This document shows, one piece after another, positions 47,077 through 57,019 of a stretch of 63,303 bases of DNA. The stretch spans positions 1 through 63,303 of the forward strand of contig JBHPHA010000004.1 in assembly GCA_042569905.1 (NCBI GenBank). Reading direction: 5' to 3'. The notes under the pieces were generated by a model that saw only the letters and a list, made by a program, of their open reading frames with translations, did no database searches and was not told the DNA's origin. Position numbers and translations under genes: made by a program. The stretch comes from Patescibacteria group bacterium (GTDB taxonomy: Bacteria > Patescibacteriota > Minisyncoccia > Moranbacterales > UBA9337). How positions within the stretch are numbered: position 1 is the first letter of the stretch; the number at the start of each line of letters is the position of its first letter.

Positions 47077-47556
47077 CTAACCATGTACTATATCCCATTC
47101 ATACGGAATCTTGTCTGAAAAAGGATCCAGCCTATCAATCTCATCCGCCCTGTGAGACATTGTTGTACAATTTGCAATAATTGACTCATCTGCTATTCCC
47201 TTAAAACCATTCCAAACCATTGTTGGAACCTTTACAAGCAAATAATTCTTATCACCCATAAAAATCTCCATCAAATTACCTCTTGTTTTTGAACCCTCCC
47301 TATCATCATACAAAACGAATTTTATATTTCCAGTTATTACTGCATAGTTAAGCTCCATCTCCTTATGAATATGCCAAGCCTTTATTGCACCACTGTAAAC
47401 ACTAGAAAAATATATCTCTCCAAAATCATTAAACTCCTCATCTTCTTTTTTAAGCATATGGAATATACACCCTCTTTCATCAGGAATTTTATTTAATTTC
47501 TTCACAACAACTCCCTCAATAGGACCGCCTTGCACACCAAATATTTTATCACTCAT
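47077..47556 (-). CDS. RmlC-like cupin sugar-nucleotide epimerase (3,5- or 5-epimerase type)
   Basis: IPDERGCIFHM..FGEIYFSSVYSGAIKAWHIHKEM..NYAVITGNIKFVLYDDREGSKT fits the dTDP-4-dehydrorhamnose 3,5-epimerase fold pattern. Confidence 0.7.
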   Translation of the reverse strand: MSDKIFGVQGGPIEGVVVKKLNKIPDERGCIFHMLKKEDEEFNDFGEIYFSSVYSGAIKAWHIHKEMELNYAVITGNIKFVLYDDREGSKTRGNLMEIFMGDKNYLLVKVPTMVWNGFKGIADESIIANCTTMSHRADEIDRLDPFSDKIPYEWDIVHG

Positions 47557-47560
47557 AGAA

Positions 47561-48499
47561 TTATTTTAAATTATCAGCTATATACTTATACGTATTTTTT
47601 AATCCGATTTCCAAACTATACTCAGGCGCCCAGCCTAATTCTTTTTTCACTTTACTATTATCACAATTGGCATAGAAAATTTCATTATCAATATAAGGCT
47701 TAGCACCCCAATTAATGTTCATTTTCTTCCCTGAAATCTTTTCAATTTCACTAGCAATATCTTTTATACTATATACTTTATTGTACCCTAAATTGAAAAA
47801 ATTATAACCCCTCATTTCGTCAATTTTATTCAATCCATCCACGAATGCATTTGCAACGTCCTTAACATAAGTATAATTCCATTGTTGCTCTCCTCCGGAA
47901 AAATCAACACTTTCACCGCTTATATTAGTTTTTATCAAGAAGTTAATCAACTTATCATTATCCTTTTCTCCAAATGGCGCTGATAACTTGAAGTCGATTA
48001 CATTTATTCCGCTATTGCTCGCGTAAGATTTTAGAAACTCAATAAGCGCAAGTTTAGTGGCTGCATAGAAATTATACGCCAAGAATTCATCCCCTTCCTT
48101 AATTGGAGAGTCCTTCATCTTATATTCGAAAAAGCTTCCAGTATTTATAAAGTTTTTAACCCCATTTCTAACGCAAAGCTCTAACAGCTTAACTGGAAAC
48201 TTAACATTTACATCAAGCATCGAAGCAACCTCCTCTAATTCGCTATGGTTTTTCACATAATGAGTAGCCAAATGCATGACACAATCAATTTCATTCTCGC
48301 TAAAAGCGCGCTCTAAGCTCTCATCATCAACTTCATAAAATGAAATCACGTCCAAAAATTCCTCAAGTCTCCATAAGTCAGTCTTAGAACCTTTCAATCT
48401 AAGCACGATGACATTATGACCATCCTTAATCAAATTCTCTACAATATGACTGCCCACAAATCCAGTAGCTCCTGTTAACAAGACTGTTTTTTTATTCAT
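47561..48499 (-). CDS. NAD(P)-dependent sugar-nucleotide 4-reductase/epimerase (SDR; CDP-paratose/abequose synthase or AscF-like)
   Basis: LLTGATGFVGSHI Rossmann motif and YAATK (YxxxK). Located inside the CDP-dideoxyhexose cluster. Confidence 0.8.
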   Translation of the reverse strand: MNKKTVLLTGATGFVGSHIVENLIKDGHNVIVLRLKGSKTDLWRLEEFLDVISFYEVDDESLERAFSENEIDCVMHLATHYVKNHSELEEVASMLDVNVKFPVKLLELCVRNGVKNFINTGSFFEYKMKDSPIKEGDEFLAYNFYAATKLALIEFLKSYASNSGINVIDFKLSAPFGEKDNDKLINFLIKTNISGESVDFSGGEQQWNYTYVKDVANAFVDGLNKIDEMRGYNFFNLGYNKVYSIKDIASEIEKISGKKMNINWGAKPYIDNEIFYANCDNSKVKKELGWAPEYSLEIGLKNTYKYIADNLK

Positions 48500-48520
48500 T
48501 ACAATAGACTACTTAAAAAA

Positions 48521-49927
48521 TTAAATTCCGTATTTCTCCTTAAAAGATTCCAATTCACTAATAATTCTTCTCAAAGATTCCTTATCTTCCTCACTAATAC
48601 TAACTTGTTCAGCAACCTGCTTGTCTCCCTCGCTGCTCAGAAACTCTTTAAATGACTCCTCAATCCAATTCATCATTTCCCCATTGATTCCAGGATAAAC
48701 GCCAATCCAGAAAGTGTTATCCATTACAGTGTCAGTATTTTTCAATTCTCCAACAATTCTATGTTTAATTTTATAATTCAAAAAATACGGTTGTTTTGTC
48801 AGATTTCCACCAAAAAGAAGTCTTGTTCCAATTTTTTTGTCATTCAAAAATTTCATCAAATCCTCCCTAGAAAAACCACAATCATCCTTCACCGTCATAA
48901 TAAAACCAAACCAGCTTGGATCACTATTTTCCGTAGGAACTGAAAAATCAAAATATTTATCAAATTTTTTCAATCTACGCATCAAAGAAACATAATTTTC
49001 CTTTCTTTTCTCCACAAAACCACTCAACCTATCCATTTGAGCCAAGCCACACGCAGCCTGCATTTCAGTCATTTTCAGATTATACCCAATATGTGAGTAA
49101 ACATATTTATGATCATATCCATCTGGCAAGTTACCTGACTTCCACTTAAACCTTGACTTACAAGTATCGTCATGACCAGTAGGACACCAACACTCCCTAC
49201 CCCAATCCCTCAATGATACAATAGCCTTATGTAAAACTGGATTATCTGTAAGAACAGCTCCGCCTTCTGCTGTAGTAATATGATGAGCTGGATAGAAACT
49301 CAGTGTTGCAATATCACCAAAGGATCCAGTTCTCTTACCCTCATACTCGCTTCCCAACGCATCACAATTATCCTCGATAAGCCATAGTCCATTTTTATCA
49401 CAAAAGTCCTTTACCTTTTTAATATTAAAAGGATTCCCCAATGTATGAGCAATCATCACAGCTTTTGTTTTTTCACTCAAAGCTTCTTTCATCTTATCCG
49501 CATCAATATCAAAAGTTCCCATCTCAATATCCACAAAAACAGGGACGCATCCCGCTTGAATAATTGGATTAACAGTAGTTGGAAATCCAGCAGCAACGGT
49601 AATCACCTCGTCGCCTTCCTCTATTTTCCTGTCTCCCAATAAATGTGAAGTTAGAGCCACAAGCGCTAAGAGATTAGCAGATGACCCAGAATTTACAGCA
49701 GAGCAATGCTTAACCCCTATAAATTCTGCTATTCTGCTTTCGAAATCACCCGTAAATTTACCTTCAGTCCACCAACCCTCTAAAACAGACTCGGTCATTA
49801 GTAATAATTCTTTTTCATCAAAAATTTTTCCAGACACTGGAACAGGAGACTCACCTGGAACAAAATTTTTCTTAGGGAATCTATTTTCAAACTCTTCGAT
49901 TATATTCTTTTTCAGATTATCATTCAT
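48521..49927 (-). CDS. rfbH: CDP-6-deoxy-L-threo-D-glycero-4-hexulose-3-dehydrase (E1; RfbH/DdhC) with a C-terminal extension
   Basis: SGSSANLLAL, VITVAAGFPTTVNP, IAHTLGNPF, SFYPAHHITTAEGGAV (His in place of the PLP Lys), RDWGRECWCPTGHDDTCKSRF (Fe-S Cys), GYDHKYVYSHIGYNLKMTEMQAACGLAQ. Confidence 0.88.
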   Translation of the reverse strand: MNDNLKKNIIEEFENRFPKKNFVPGESPVPVSGKIFDEKELLLMTESVLEGWWTEGKFTGDFESRIAEFIGVKHCSAVNSGSSANLLALVALTSHLLGDRKIEEGDEVITVAAGFPTTVNPIIQAGCVPVFVDIEMGTFDIDADKMKEALSEKTKAVMIAHTLGNPFNIKKVKDFCDKNGLWLIEDNCDALGSEYEGKRTGSFGDIATLSFYPAHHITTAEGGAVLTDNPVLHKAIVSLRDWGRECWCPTGHDDTCKSRFKWKSGNLPDGYDHKYVYSHIGYNLKMTEMQAACGLAQMDRLSGFVEKRKENYVSLMRRLKKFDKYFDFSVPTENSDPSWFGFIMTVKDDCGFSREDLMKFLNDKKIGTRLLFGGNLTKQPYFLNYKIKHRIVGELKNTDTVMDNTFWIGVYPGINGEMMNWIEESFKEFLSSEGDKQVAEQVSISEEDKESLRRIISELESFKEKYGI

Positions 49928-49947
49928 ATTTTTATTTATTATTGCTG

Positions 49948-51030
49948 CTATTTTAGATTAAAAAACTTATAGATTTGATTATTAGAATATTCGGTCATAT
50001 TATCCTTCCCTTCATAATATTTCCGATACCAATCAAACGTATATTTAAGGGTGTCCTCGAAAGTTAGCTTTGACTTCCACTTCAATACACACTTCGCCTT
50101 TGATGTCTCCAGCTTTAGTATATTAGCCTCATGCTTCGTACTATCCTCCTCTACTGAATATTCTCCTTTTCCTAGCACTTCTATTGCCTTTTTCACAATC
50201 TCTTCCACAGAAACAAAATGACTATCATTTGGGCCAAAATTCCAAGAACCCACCATTTCTGTCTCCCCTTCATAAAGCTTCTTTCCTAGCATCAAATATC
50301 CATGCAGTGGCTCCAAAACATGCTCCCACGGCCTAATCGCCTTTGGGCTTCTGATTATTATCTTCTCATCTTTTTCAAATATTGAGCGAACGATATCTGT
50401 CACAAGCCTGTGATTACCCCAATCGCCTCCACCAATTACATTTCCAGCTCGAGCAATAGCCACTAATGTATTATGCTTGTCCTTATAATCACTCACATTG
50501 AAAAATGATTGAATATATGAATTTGTCGTAATATCCGCTGCAGCCTTACTTGCACTATATGGGTCATATCCCCCTAGTGGATCCACTTCTCGATATGGAT
50601 AAACCCATTCGTCATTCTTATAAACCTTATCCGTAGTAATAATCACAGCTGACTTAACCGAATCAGTTTTTCTAATCGCCTCCAAAACATTGGCTGTTCC
50701 CATCACATTTGTGTTATAGGTTTCCAATGGATTATCATAACTATCTCGAACTATCGGCTGTGCAGCCAAGTGAAAAACGATTTCAGGACTCTCTTTTTTA
50801 ATCACATCTAGCAATCCTTCATGACTATCGATGTCGAAATAATAACTATTAGCGCCATTTTGTAATCCTAAAATTCCATACAGATTAGGAGAAGTCTTTG
50901 GCATCAACGAGACACCCACAACATCAGCTCCCCAACTTAGTAATATTTGCATCAGCCAAGAACCCTTGAATCCAGTGTGACCTGTCACTAAAACCTTTTT
51001 ACCCTTAAAAAAATCAGCAAGATTATTCAT
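49948..51030 (-). CDS. rfbG: CDP-glucose 4,6-dehydratase
   Basis: KKVLVTGHTGFKGSWL, YSASKAA (YxxxK), GNVIGGGDW, IRPWEHVLEPL.GYL. Confidence 0.92.
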   Translation of the reverse strand: MNNLADFFKGKKVLVTGHTGFKGSWLMQILLSWGADVVGVSLMPKTSPNLYGILGLQNGANSYYFDIDSHEGLLDVIKKESPEIVFHLAAQPIVRDSYDNPLETYNTNVMGTANVLEAIRKTDSVKSAVIITTDKVYKNDEWVYPYREVDPLGGYDPYSASKAAADITTNSYIQSFFNVSDYKDKHNTLVAIARAGNVIGGGDWGNHRLVTDIVRSIFEKDEKIIIRSPKAIRPWEHVLEPLHGYLMLGKKLYEGETEMVGSWNFGPNDSHFVSVEEIVKKAIEVLGKGEYSVEEDSTKHEANILKLETSKAKCVLKWKSKLTFEDTLKYTFDWYRKYYEGKDNMTEYSNNQIYKFFNLK

Positions 51031-51052
51031 ATATTTATTCTTTCAAAAAATC

Positions 51053-51952
51053 TTATTTAAAAAATTCGTATCTTCTCTTGAACTCATCAATATCTGCAAC
51101 TATTCTCCCCAACAGTTCACCATCCTCCTTATTGAAGCCCTGAAAATTCATATCCTTAGATTTGTCTCCACAAGTATCTTTTTTAAAATCCCAAGGACTT
51201 TCCTTTTCCCACAATTTGTTCAAATCCATAACATCTTTCATTGTGTCCATGCTATGCCAAAACCCCTTATGCGTAAATTGAGACAGCTTTCCATCCTCAC
51301 TTAGCTTTCGCAAAGAATCCTCCAGCATTTCCCCGTCCTTCAAGTAACTCAAAGCCTCCTTATTAAAAACCATGAAACCACCATTTATAAAATCGTCCAA
51401 AACAGGCTTCTCACTGAACTCTCTTATTACATGATTTTCATCTGCTATTATTTTTCCATATTTTGAAGAAGGATGCACAGCTGTAATTGTTGCTAATGTA
51501 CCACACTCTCTACTTTGTTTTTTATGAAAATCAACTAAAGCATTCACATCAACATCACTCACTCCGTCACCATAAGTTATCATGAACATATCGTCATCTA
51601 CATACTTAGAAGCAATCTTAATCCTCTCTGCTGTTAATGTATCCTCACCTGTTTCCGCAAAAGTTATATTACGATCACAGTTAGCGTGATTATTAAGATA
51701 TTTTATCTCATTACTTAACATATTTAACTCAAGATCATCCTGAAGCCTTGAAAGATTAATAAAATGGTCTTTTATCATACTCCCTTTATATCCAAGACAT
51801 AACACAAAATCACTATGTCCATGATGAGAATAAATATTCATTATATGTTGAACAATAGGAAGGCCTCCGATTTCAACCATTGGCTTTGGCTTAAATTCTG
51901 TTTCTTCTCTTAGTCTTGTACCCTTTCCTCCACACAATATTAACGTTTTCAT
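51053..51952 (-). CDS. rfbF: Glucose-1-phosphate cytidylyltransferase with a C-terminal extension
   Basis: MKTLILCGGKGTRLREETEFKPKPMVEIGGLPI..HIM.IYS.HG, TYGDGVSDVD, INGGFMVF, GFWHSMDTMKD...LW. Confidence 0.92.
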   Translation of the reverse strand: MKTLILCGGKGTRLREETEFKPKPMVEIGGLPIVQHIMNIYSHHGHSDFVLCLGYKGSMIKDHFINLSRLQDDLELNMLSNEIKYLNNHANCDRNITFAETGEDTLTAERIKIASKYVDDDMFMITYGDGVSDVDVNALVDFHKKQSRECGTLATITAVHPSSKYGKIIADENHVIREFSEKPVLDDFINGGFMVFNKEALSYLKDGEMLEDSLRKLSEDGKLSQFTHKGFWHSMDTMKDVMDLNKLWEKESPWDFKKDTCGDKSKDMNFQGFNKEDGELLGRIVADIDEFKRRYEFFK

Positions 51953-51981
51953 TTTGTTTATTTTTTAATTCTTTATCTTTT

Positions 51982-52944
51982 TTACAATTTCTGTTTCACC
52001 AATATCATTCCCTTAAAAAAATAATATGTATAACTAAATAACAAATACACATTCACGAATGGTAGCATTACAATTCTCCAATCCCTCCACTCGCTTCTAA
52101 AAACTTCCTTTGTAAGATAGCTTCCAAACAATACAATCATCAAAGCAATAACTATATTCAACTTCGGAATCAATAAACCGCCTACCAGTATTGGTCTAAT
52201 AAATGCTGTTTTATAATTACTTAGCTTTATTTCCGAAAAATTCTTTGATAAGCACGCTCCCACAGCCTCCGCCAATTGATTCTCTTTATAAACATAATGT
52301 GAAAGAGAAAAATTATCAGCTCTACTATGCAAATGATCTACAATTATATCCTCCACATCTACAATTTTACCTAATTTCCCTAACTTTAACAAAATATCGC
52401 CATCCTCCCCTGCTGTCCTATAGGTTTTTTCGTCAAACGAACCAACCTTTCTGAGGGCGAGAGTCCCGTAACAGCAAAACCTTCCATTTCTTCCCGACAG
52501 AACTCTTCCGACATGCCTAGCAAACAAACACTTTTGCCAAAAATTATACCTATTCCAAACATCCACAGGTGTGGTTTGCATTGAGCAAGCCACGACGACA
52601 CTTTTATCTTCAACAGCTTTCATTAATTTCGAAAAATCACCGCTATGAAGAATAACACAATCAGACTGAAGTGAGACTATATGAGATGTCTCGGCAACCT
52701 TAATCGCCTCGTTATATGAATGAGCTAGCCCTAAGTCCTTTGTTTGGTTTACTACCTCTACTTTAAATTTAGAACTCTCAGCATACTTAGACATTATATC
52801 AGGAGAAGAGTCAGATGACTTGTTATCCACTATCATCACCAGATCAATCGGATAGTCTTGCTTTTCAACGCTATCCAAAACCTCTTGCAAAGTTGTTTCT
52901 GAATTTTTTACAGGTATTATCAATGTTACGGTATTATTTTTCAT
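51982..52944 (-). CDS. GT2 glycosyltransferase with C-terminal TM helices
   Basis: VTLIIPVKNSE..L, IVDNKSSD, and two C-terminal TMs. Start set to ATG 52942-52944 (the track start overlaps the upstream gene). Confidence 0.8.
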   Translation of the reverse strand: MKNNTVTLIIPVKNSETTLQEVLDSVEKQDYPIDLVMIVDNKSSDSSPDIMSKYAESSKFKVEVVNQTKDLGLAHSYNEAIKVAETSHIVSLQSDCVILHSGDFSKLMKAVEDKSVVVACSMQTTPVDVWNRYNFWQKCLFARHVGRVLSGRNGRFCCYGTLALRKVGSFDEKTYRTAGEDGDILLKLGKLGKIVDVEDIIVDHLHSRADNFSLSHYVYKENQLAEAVGACLSKNFSEIKLSNYKTAFIRPILVGGLLIPKLNIVIALMIVLFGSYLTKEVFRSEWRDWRIVMLPFVNVYLLFSYTYYFFKGMILVKQKL

Positions 52945-52976
52945 TTTTATTATTTTCCTTCTTAATATTCTTATTT

Positions 52977-53999
52977 TCACCTATTAAAACTAATATCTAC
53001 CAAAAGCTTTGAATTTACCTTTGACTTATACCAATCAACCAGAGGTATCAAAACAAATTTCGGAGTCAGCACAGTTCCAAGTACAAAAAACCAAAACTTC
53101 AAATCCAGCAAATTCTTCTTTCTCTCTTTCACTAAAATACCAATTTCTCGTCTAAGCACTCCAGGGTTTGCATAATTTTTCAATTGAACCAATCCCATGA
53201 AATTTGTCAAAATATGATCCTCTCCCCATCTACGAGCCATATTATATTCATCCCCCTTAAACACAGATCGATACATCCTCAACCATGAATCAGTCGGGGA
53301 CATGTCATAAGTAGAAGAAACTGTTCTTGTTTGACTGTCCGCAATTCCAACCGCCACAGTATAGTCCTTCAGAAAAACACATTTATGCTTTCTCAAAATT
53401 CCTGCAAATGGATAAATGTGAGCAGGAAAACACTCATCATTGAAAGGTACTTCTAAAAATTCTCTTCGGTAAGCTAGTCCTGAAAGCTGCCCTACTGACT
53501 CAAAAATCTTTAAAAAAGCTTTTCTTCCACTTTCCAAAGACAAAACGCTATCTTTTTTGTCATCATACGGCAAAACAGCTCGAACTGGATTATGATAGTC
53601 TTTTTCAAACCAGAAATATGGCCTTGTCACAACTCCAACGTTCTCATCTAGTAGGAAAGCATCATGAGTTCTCTTAAAAGCATCCTTCGCCAAAATATCA
53701 TCATGTGCCATCAAGAAAATCACATCGTTTTCTGCCCTTGAAACTATTCGTTGAAGGTTAACAGCATATCCAAGATCTTTTTCGTTTTTATAATATCTTA
53801 TTCTTGGATCATTATATGAGTTTATTATCTCCTGAGTCTTCTTGATTTCGTCTACCATATCAGGAGAGTTATTGTCACCAATAATGATCTCATAATCATC
53901 AAAATCCTCTTGAGCAAATATACTATCCAACATATCACCTAACAGGTTAGAAGCCTTGTAAATCGGCACACAGATACTAAAACTGAATTTATTTTTCAT
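52977..53999 (-). CDS. GT2 glycosyltransferase with a C-terminal TM helix
   Basis: FSICVPIYKASNLL, IIIGDNNSPD, MAHDDI. Confidence 0.8.
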   Translation of the reverse strand: MKNKFSFSICVPIYKASNLLGDMLDSIFAQEDFDDYEIIIGDNNSPDMVDEIKKTQEIINSYNDPRIRYYKNEKDLGYAVNLQRIVSRAENDVIFLMAHDDILAKDAFKRTHDAFLLDENVGVVTRPYFWFEKDYHNPVRAVLPYDDKKDSVLSLESGRKAFLKIFESVGQLSGLAYRREFLEVPFNDECFPAHIYPFAGILRKHKCVFLKDYTVAVGIADSQTRTVSSTYDMSPTDSWLRMYRSVFKGDEYNMARRWGEDHILTNFMGLVQLKNYANPGVLRREIGILVKERKKNLLDLKFWFFVLGTVLTPKFVLIPLVDWYKSKVNSKLLVDISFNR

Positions 54000-54742
54000 T
54001 ATTTTTTATTTCTTATTCTTACAAAAAGCTGTGGACCAAGTACGCTAAGGTGACGAGCTTCAAGTTCCATAAACTTATCAGCAAGCTTCCTACTGAGAAT
54101 AATTGCAAAAGGAGAGATTAAACCAAAGGTACCCATTTCCATCACCTCGTAATCATGTTTTTCGCAATAATTTCGCAATAATTTTCTAGTAAATTTAATC
54201 TTATGTTGCTCTCCCCAAAGAGTTGGAAATATCTTAAACTTATCAGCTAAAAATTCCATCACTGGCCAAGCGCTAACATAATTCGGAGTGGTTATTAAGA
54301 TTTCACCACCATCCTTTAAAAGCCCATGCAAATTACTCATCACATGATCAACTTCCTCTTCCTCAAAATGCTCAATGACTTCATTTAGGATAATTTTATC
54401 AAATTTACCCTTAAACTCACTAAAATCTGAATTAAGCAAATCAAAATAATTCACATTAACATTTCCTATTCCTCGCTCCCCTACTTTTCCCTTCAAAAAA
54501 TCAAGACTTTCTTGATTATAATCAAGTCCTGTAAATGTTTTTGTTTTTCCACTAAAAACTAAAACGATATTTCCTGACCCGCAACCAATGTCGGCGGCAT
54601 CATCATTTTCACTTAAAAAGTTTATATTTTTTACTAGCAATAACCTATTTCTGTGCCACTGCCTCTGAAGTAAACCACCCTCCCTTAATGCCTTGTATTG
54701 ATAATCAGACGGTATCTGAAGTTCATGCTCAACGATTTTCAT
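53999..54742 (-). CDS. Class I SAM-dependent methyltransferase
   Basis: Motif I DIGCGSGN, followed by KIILNEVIEHF. TAATG stop/start overlap with the downstream GT2. Confidence 0.8.
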   Translation of the reverse strand: MKIVEHELQIPSDYQYKALREGGLLQRQWHRNRLLLVKNINFLSENDDAADIGCGSGNIVLVFSGKTKTFTGLDYNQESLDFLKGKVGERGIGNVNVNYFDLLNSDFSEFKGKFDKIILNEVIEHFEEEEVDHVMSNLHGLLKDGGEILITTPNYVSAWPVMEFLADKFKIFPTLWGEQHKIKFTRKLLRNYCEKHDYEVMEMGTFGLISPFAIILSRKLADKFMELEARHLSVLGPQLFVRIRNKK

Positions 54743-57011
54743 TTGATATTATTTTATTTAGTATTAAATATATTGAAACTACAACTAAACACACAAAAAA
54801 CAAACTGCCTCTCTCTTCACTAAAGAAGAAAGAAACTCTCTCGTTATTAATTTTATCATAAATAAAGATTAAATAAAAATTTTCAATCAAAATTAATAAC
54901 GTAGCTACCCTTAAAATCCACTCTTTATGGAAAAGTAAAAGCATCATAAAGATAAATGGGATAATTCCTAGCACATACCACATTATTCCCAGTCTCACGA
55001 AAAAACCTTGATATAGCAACGTAAATATAATTGGTGAAATTATAAAAAAGATGAAAATCTTTTTCAAAATTGCTTTATCAAGCCCCTTAGAAACCTTTCC
55101 GAAGCTACACTTCACTAAACCTAAAATAATCAGAATAGAAGTAATTATCCCAATAGCTCCAGGTATCGTAGCTCTAAAAAAATCCAGCTGCCTCTTCTCA
55201 GGAAATCCATCACAAGAGAAGCAAAACAAACCTAATCCATTATAAAATTTGTTAACCCAAAAATATTTTTCAAAAACCAGACCAGCACTTACACCTGACT
55301 TATCCTCATCAATACCCTTAGAAGCATTCGCCCATGTATCCCCTGAAATTACAGAAGAATAAATTGAACCATGGTCACCCAAATAAGCAGAATATCCGCT
55401 CCATAAAACAAAAGCAATTACCACTGGCAATGCAAAAGTAGCCAATTCCTTCACTAAACGCTTCTTATCCTTCTTGAAAAACTCAGAAACCGATTCCCAA
55501 AAAACAAGTGCGCCAAAAGACAAGAAATATACCAAAGTAAATGGGTGCACCAAGTAAGCAATTGCCATAAAAATTCCTGACATCAAATAGCTCTTCTTTT
55601 CCTTCAAAAGATAGAAAGCTGAAGCTAAGATAAAAAATAATGTAGCTGTTTTTGCTGGACCAAATAGTGTTGTAAAAATGAAGAAATTAGAAAAAGCAAA
55701 TACTATCGCAATTAAATATCCCTTTGTTTTACTGAAAAACAAATTGCTAATTTGCAGAAAACCAAAGATAAACAAATTAGCCAGCATAGCAATAAACATT
55801 TGATAGACAAAGGGATGTGTTCCGAATATTTTTCCATAACTCAAGAAGAAATATGAAATCAATGGTGTCCTGTCTGTAATATCATAAATACCACCAATCT
55901 TTTCGCTTAAAGCCTCTCCACCCTCATGATAATTAAGCGCACTTTGATATGGAATCAGAAAATCAGTTTCATAGGTACCATAAGCTATTGAAAAACTCTT
56001 TTCTGTAACAAAGTCATTAATCTCAATCGAACCAGTAACCGGATAATCTCTCACAAGCATCATGAAAGACAAAAACAAAATCGAAACCAAGTAAATAGCA
56101 ATCGAGACCTTGTTCTCTATCAAAAACCCTCTCATAAAACTCTTTTTACTTCTCAAAAAGTAAAAACATGCCCCTAGTCCAAGAACAATTAAAAACTTGA
56201 AGGATGCTCCAGAAAATAACTCTGAAATAAAAAATAATAAAGTTAATACAACTGCGCTACCAAGAAAAGTATGAAATAAATCCAATTTTCTTTTTCTATA
56301 TTTACTAAATAATTCTCCAACTAACAATCCTGGAATTAACCAAAGCAAGAAGAATAAAACAGGATAAACAAAATAAATCGCCATTCCCCTATCCCACACA
56401 AAAAGAAAATCAAAAACTGACTCAAAAATACCCTTTTCAGATGCCTTAAAAAATTTAACCTCTCTCACTCCATACGGCTTAAAAGTTGCATTTCTCAAAA
56501 TTATCCCAAAACTTTTCACCTTTTCCTTTGACTCTAGAAAATAATAGTCACAAATTCCTCTTTTTGGATCACAATCCTCAATATATTCATCATCTAAAAC
56601 ATTTATTCCATCAAAAGAGAAAATAACATCATCTTTAGCACGTGAAGCTCCAATATAAGAAATACTTACCTTATCAATGTCTTTCCTACTCTCTAGATTG
56701 TATACAACAGGACAACTAGCCAAGGAGCACATCACATATGTCGGATTGCCTTTTGCGTCATGCGTTGCTAAACTATCATCCAAAGTCCCCAATATATCAG
56801 GCGTAGCTCCTGTCTTTAGCTCAACATTTCTCTCATCAAAGCTGTTTTGTGATTTTAAAGTGTGCGTAATCATTTTTTCTCTCGAAAAATCATTCCTCGA
56901 AATGAAAAGGAAAACAATACAAGAAATAAAAACAAGACCCACTAATAAAATAGAGATCTTGCTTTGAGCTGTTTTTTTGATACTTTTTTTGAATTTTTGT
57001 TTTTTTGACAT
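54729..57011 (-). CDS. ArnT/PMT_2-like GT-C membrane glycosyltransferase with an N-terminal discoidin-like extracytoplasmic domain
   Basis: 760 aa. TM anchor, a ~170-aa beta domain ending ..GVREVKFF, then more than 12 TMs with a DRTPLISYFF loop motif (cf. the D-x-PPL motif of GT39/83 enzymes). Confidence 0.55.
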   Translation of the reverse strand: MSKKQKFKKSIKKTAQSKISILLVGLVFISCIVFLFISRNDFSREKMITHTLKSQNSFDERNVELKTGATPDILGTLDDSLATHDAKGNPTYVMCSLASCPVVYNLESRKDIDKVSISYIGASRAKDDVIFSFDGINVLDDEYIEDCDPKRGICDYYFLESKEKVKSFGIILRNATFKPYGVREVKFFKASEKGIFESVFDFLFVWDRGMAIYFVYPVLFFLLWLIPGLLVGELFSKYRKRKLDLFHTFLGSAVVLTLLFFISELFSGASFKFLIVLGLGACFYFLRSKKSFMRGFLIENKVSIAIYLVSILFLSFMMLVRDYPVTGSIEINDFVTEKSFSIAYGTYETDFLIPYQSALNYHEGGEALSEKIGGIYDITDRTPLISYFFLSYGKIFGTHPFVYQMFIAMLANLFIFGFLQISNLFFSKTKGYLIAIVFAFSNFFIFTTLFGPAKTATLFFILASAFYLLKEKKSYLMSGIFMAIAYLVHPFTLVYFLSFGALVFWESVSEFFKKDKKRLVKELATFALPVVIAFVLWSGYSAYLGDHGSIYSSVISGDTWANASKGIDEDKSGVSAGLVFEKYFWVNKFYNGLGLFCFSCDGFPEKRQLDFFRATIPGAIGIITSILIILGLVKCSFGKVSKGLDKAILKKIFIFFIISPIIFTLLYQGFFVRLGIMWYVLGIIPFIFMMLLLFHKEWILRVATLLILIENFYLIFIYDKINNERVSFFFSEERGSLFFVCLVVVSIYLILNKIISNENR

Positions 57012-57019
57012 AGGTTATT

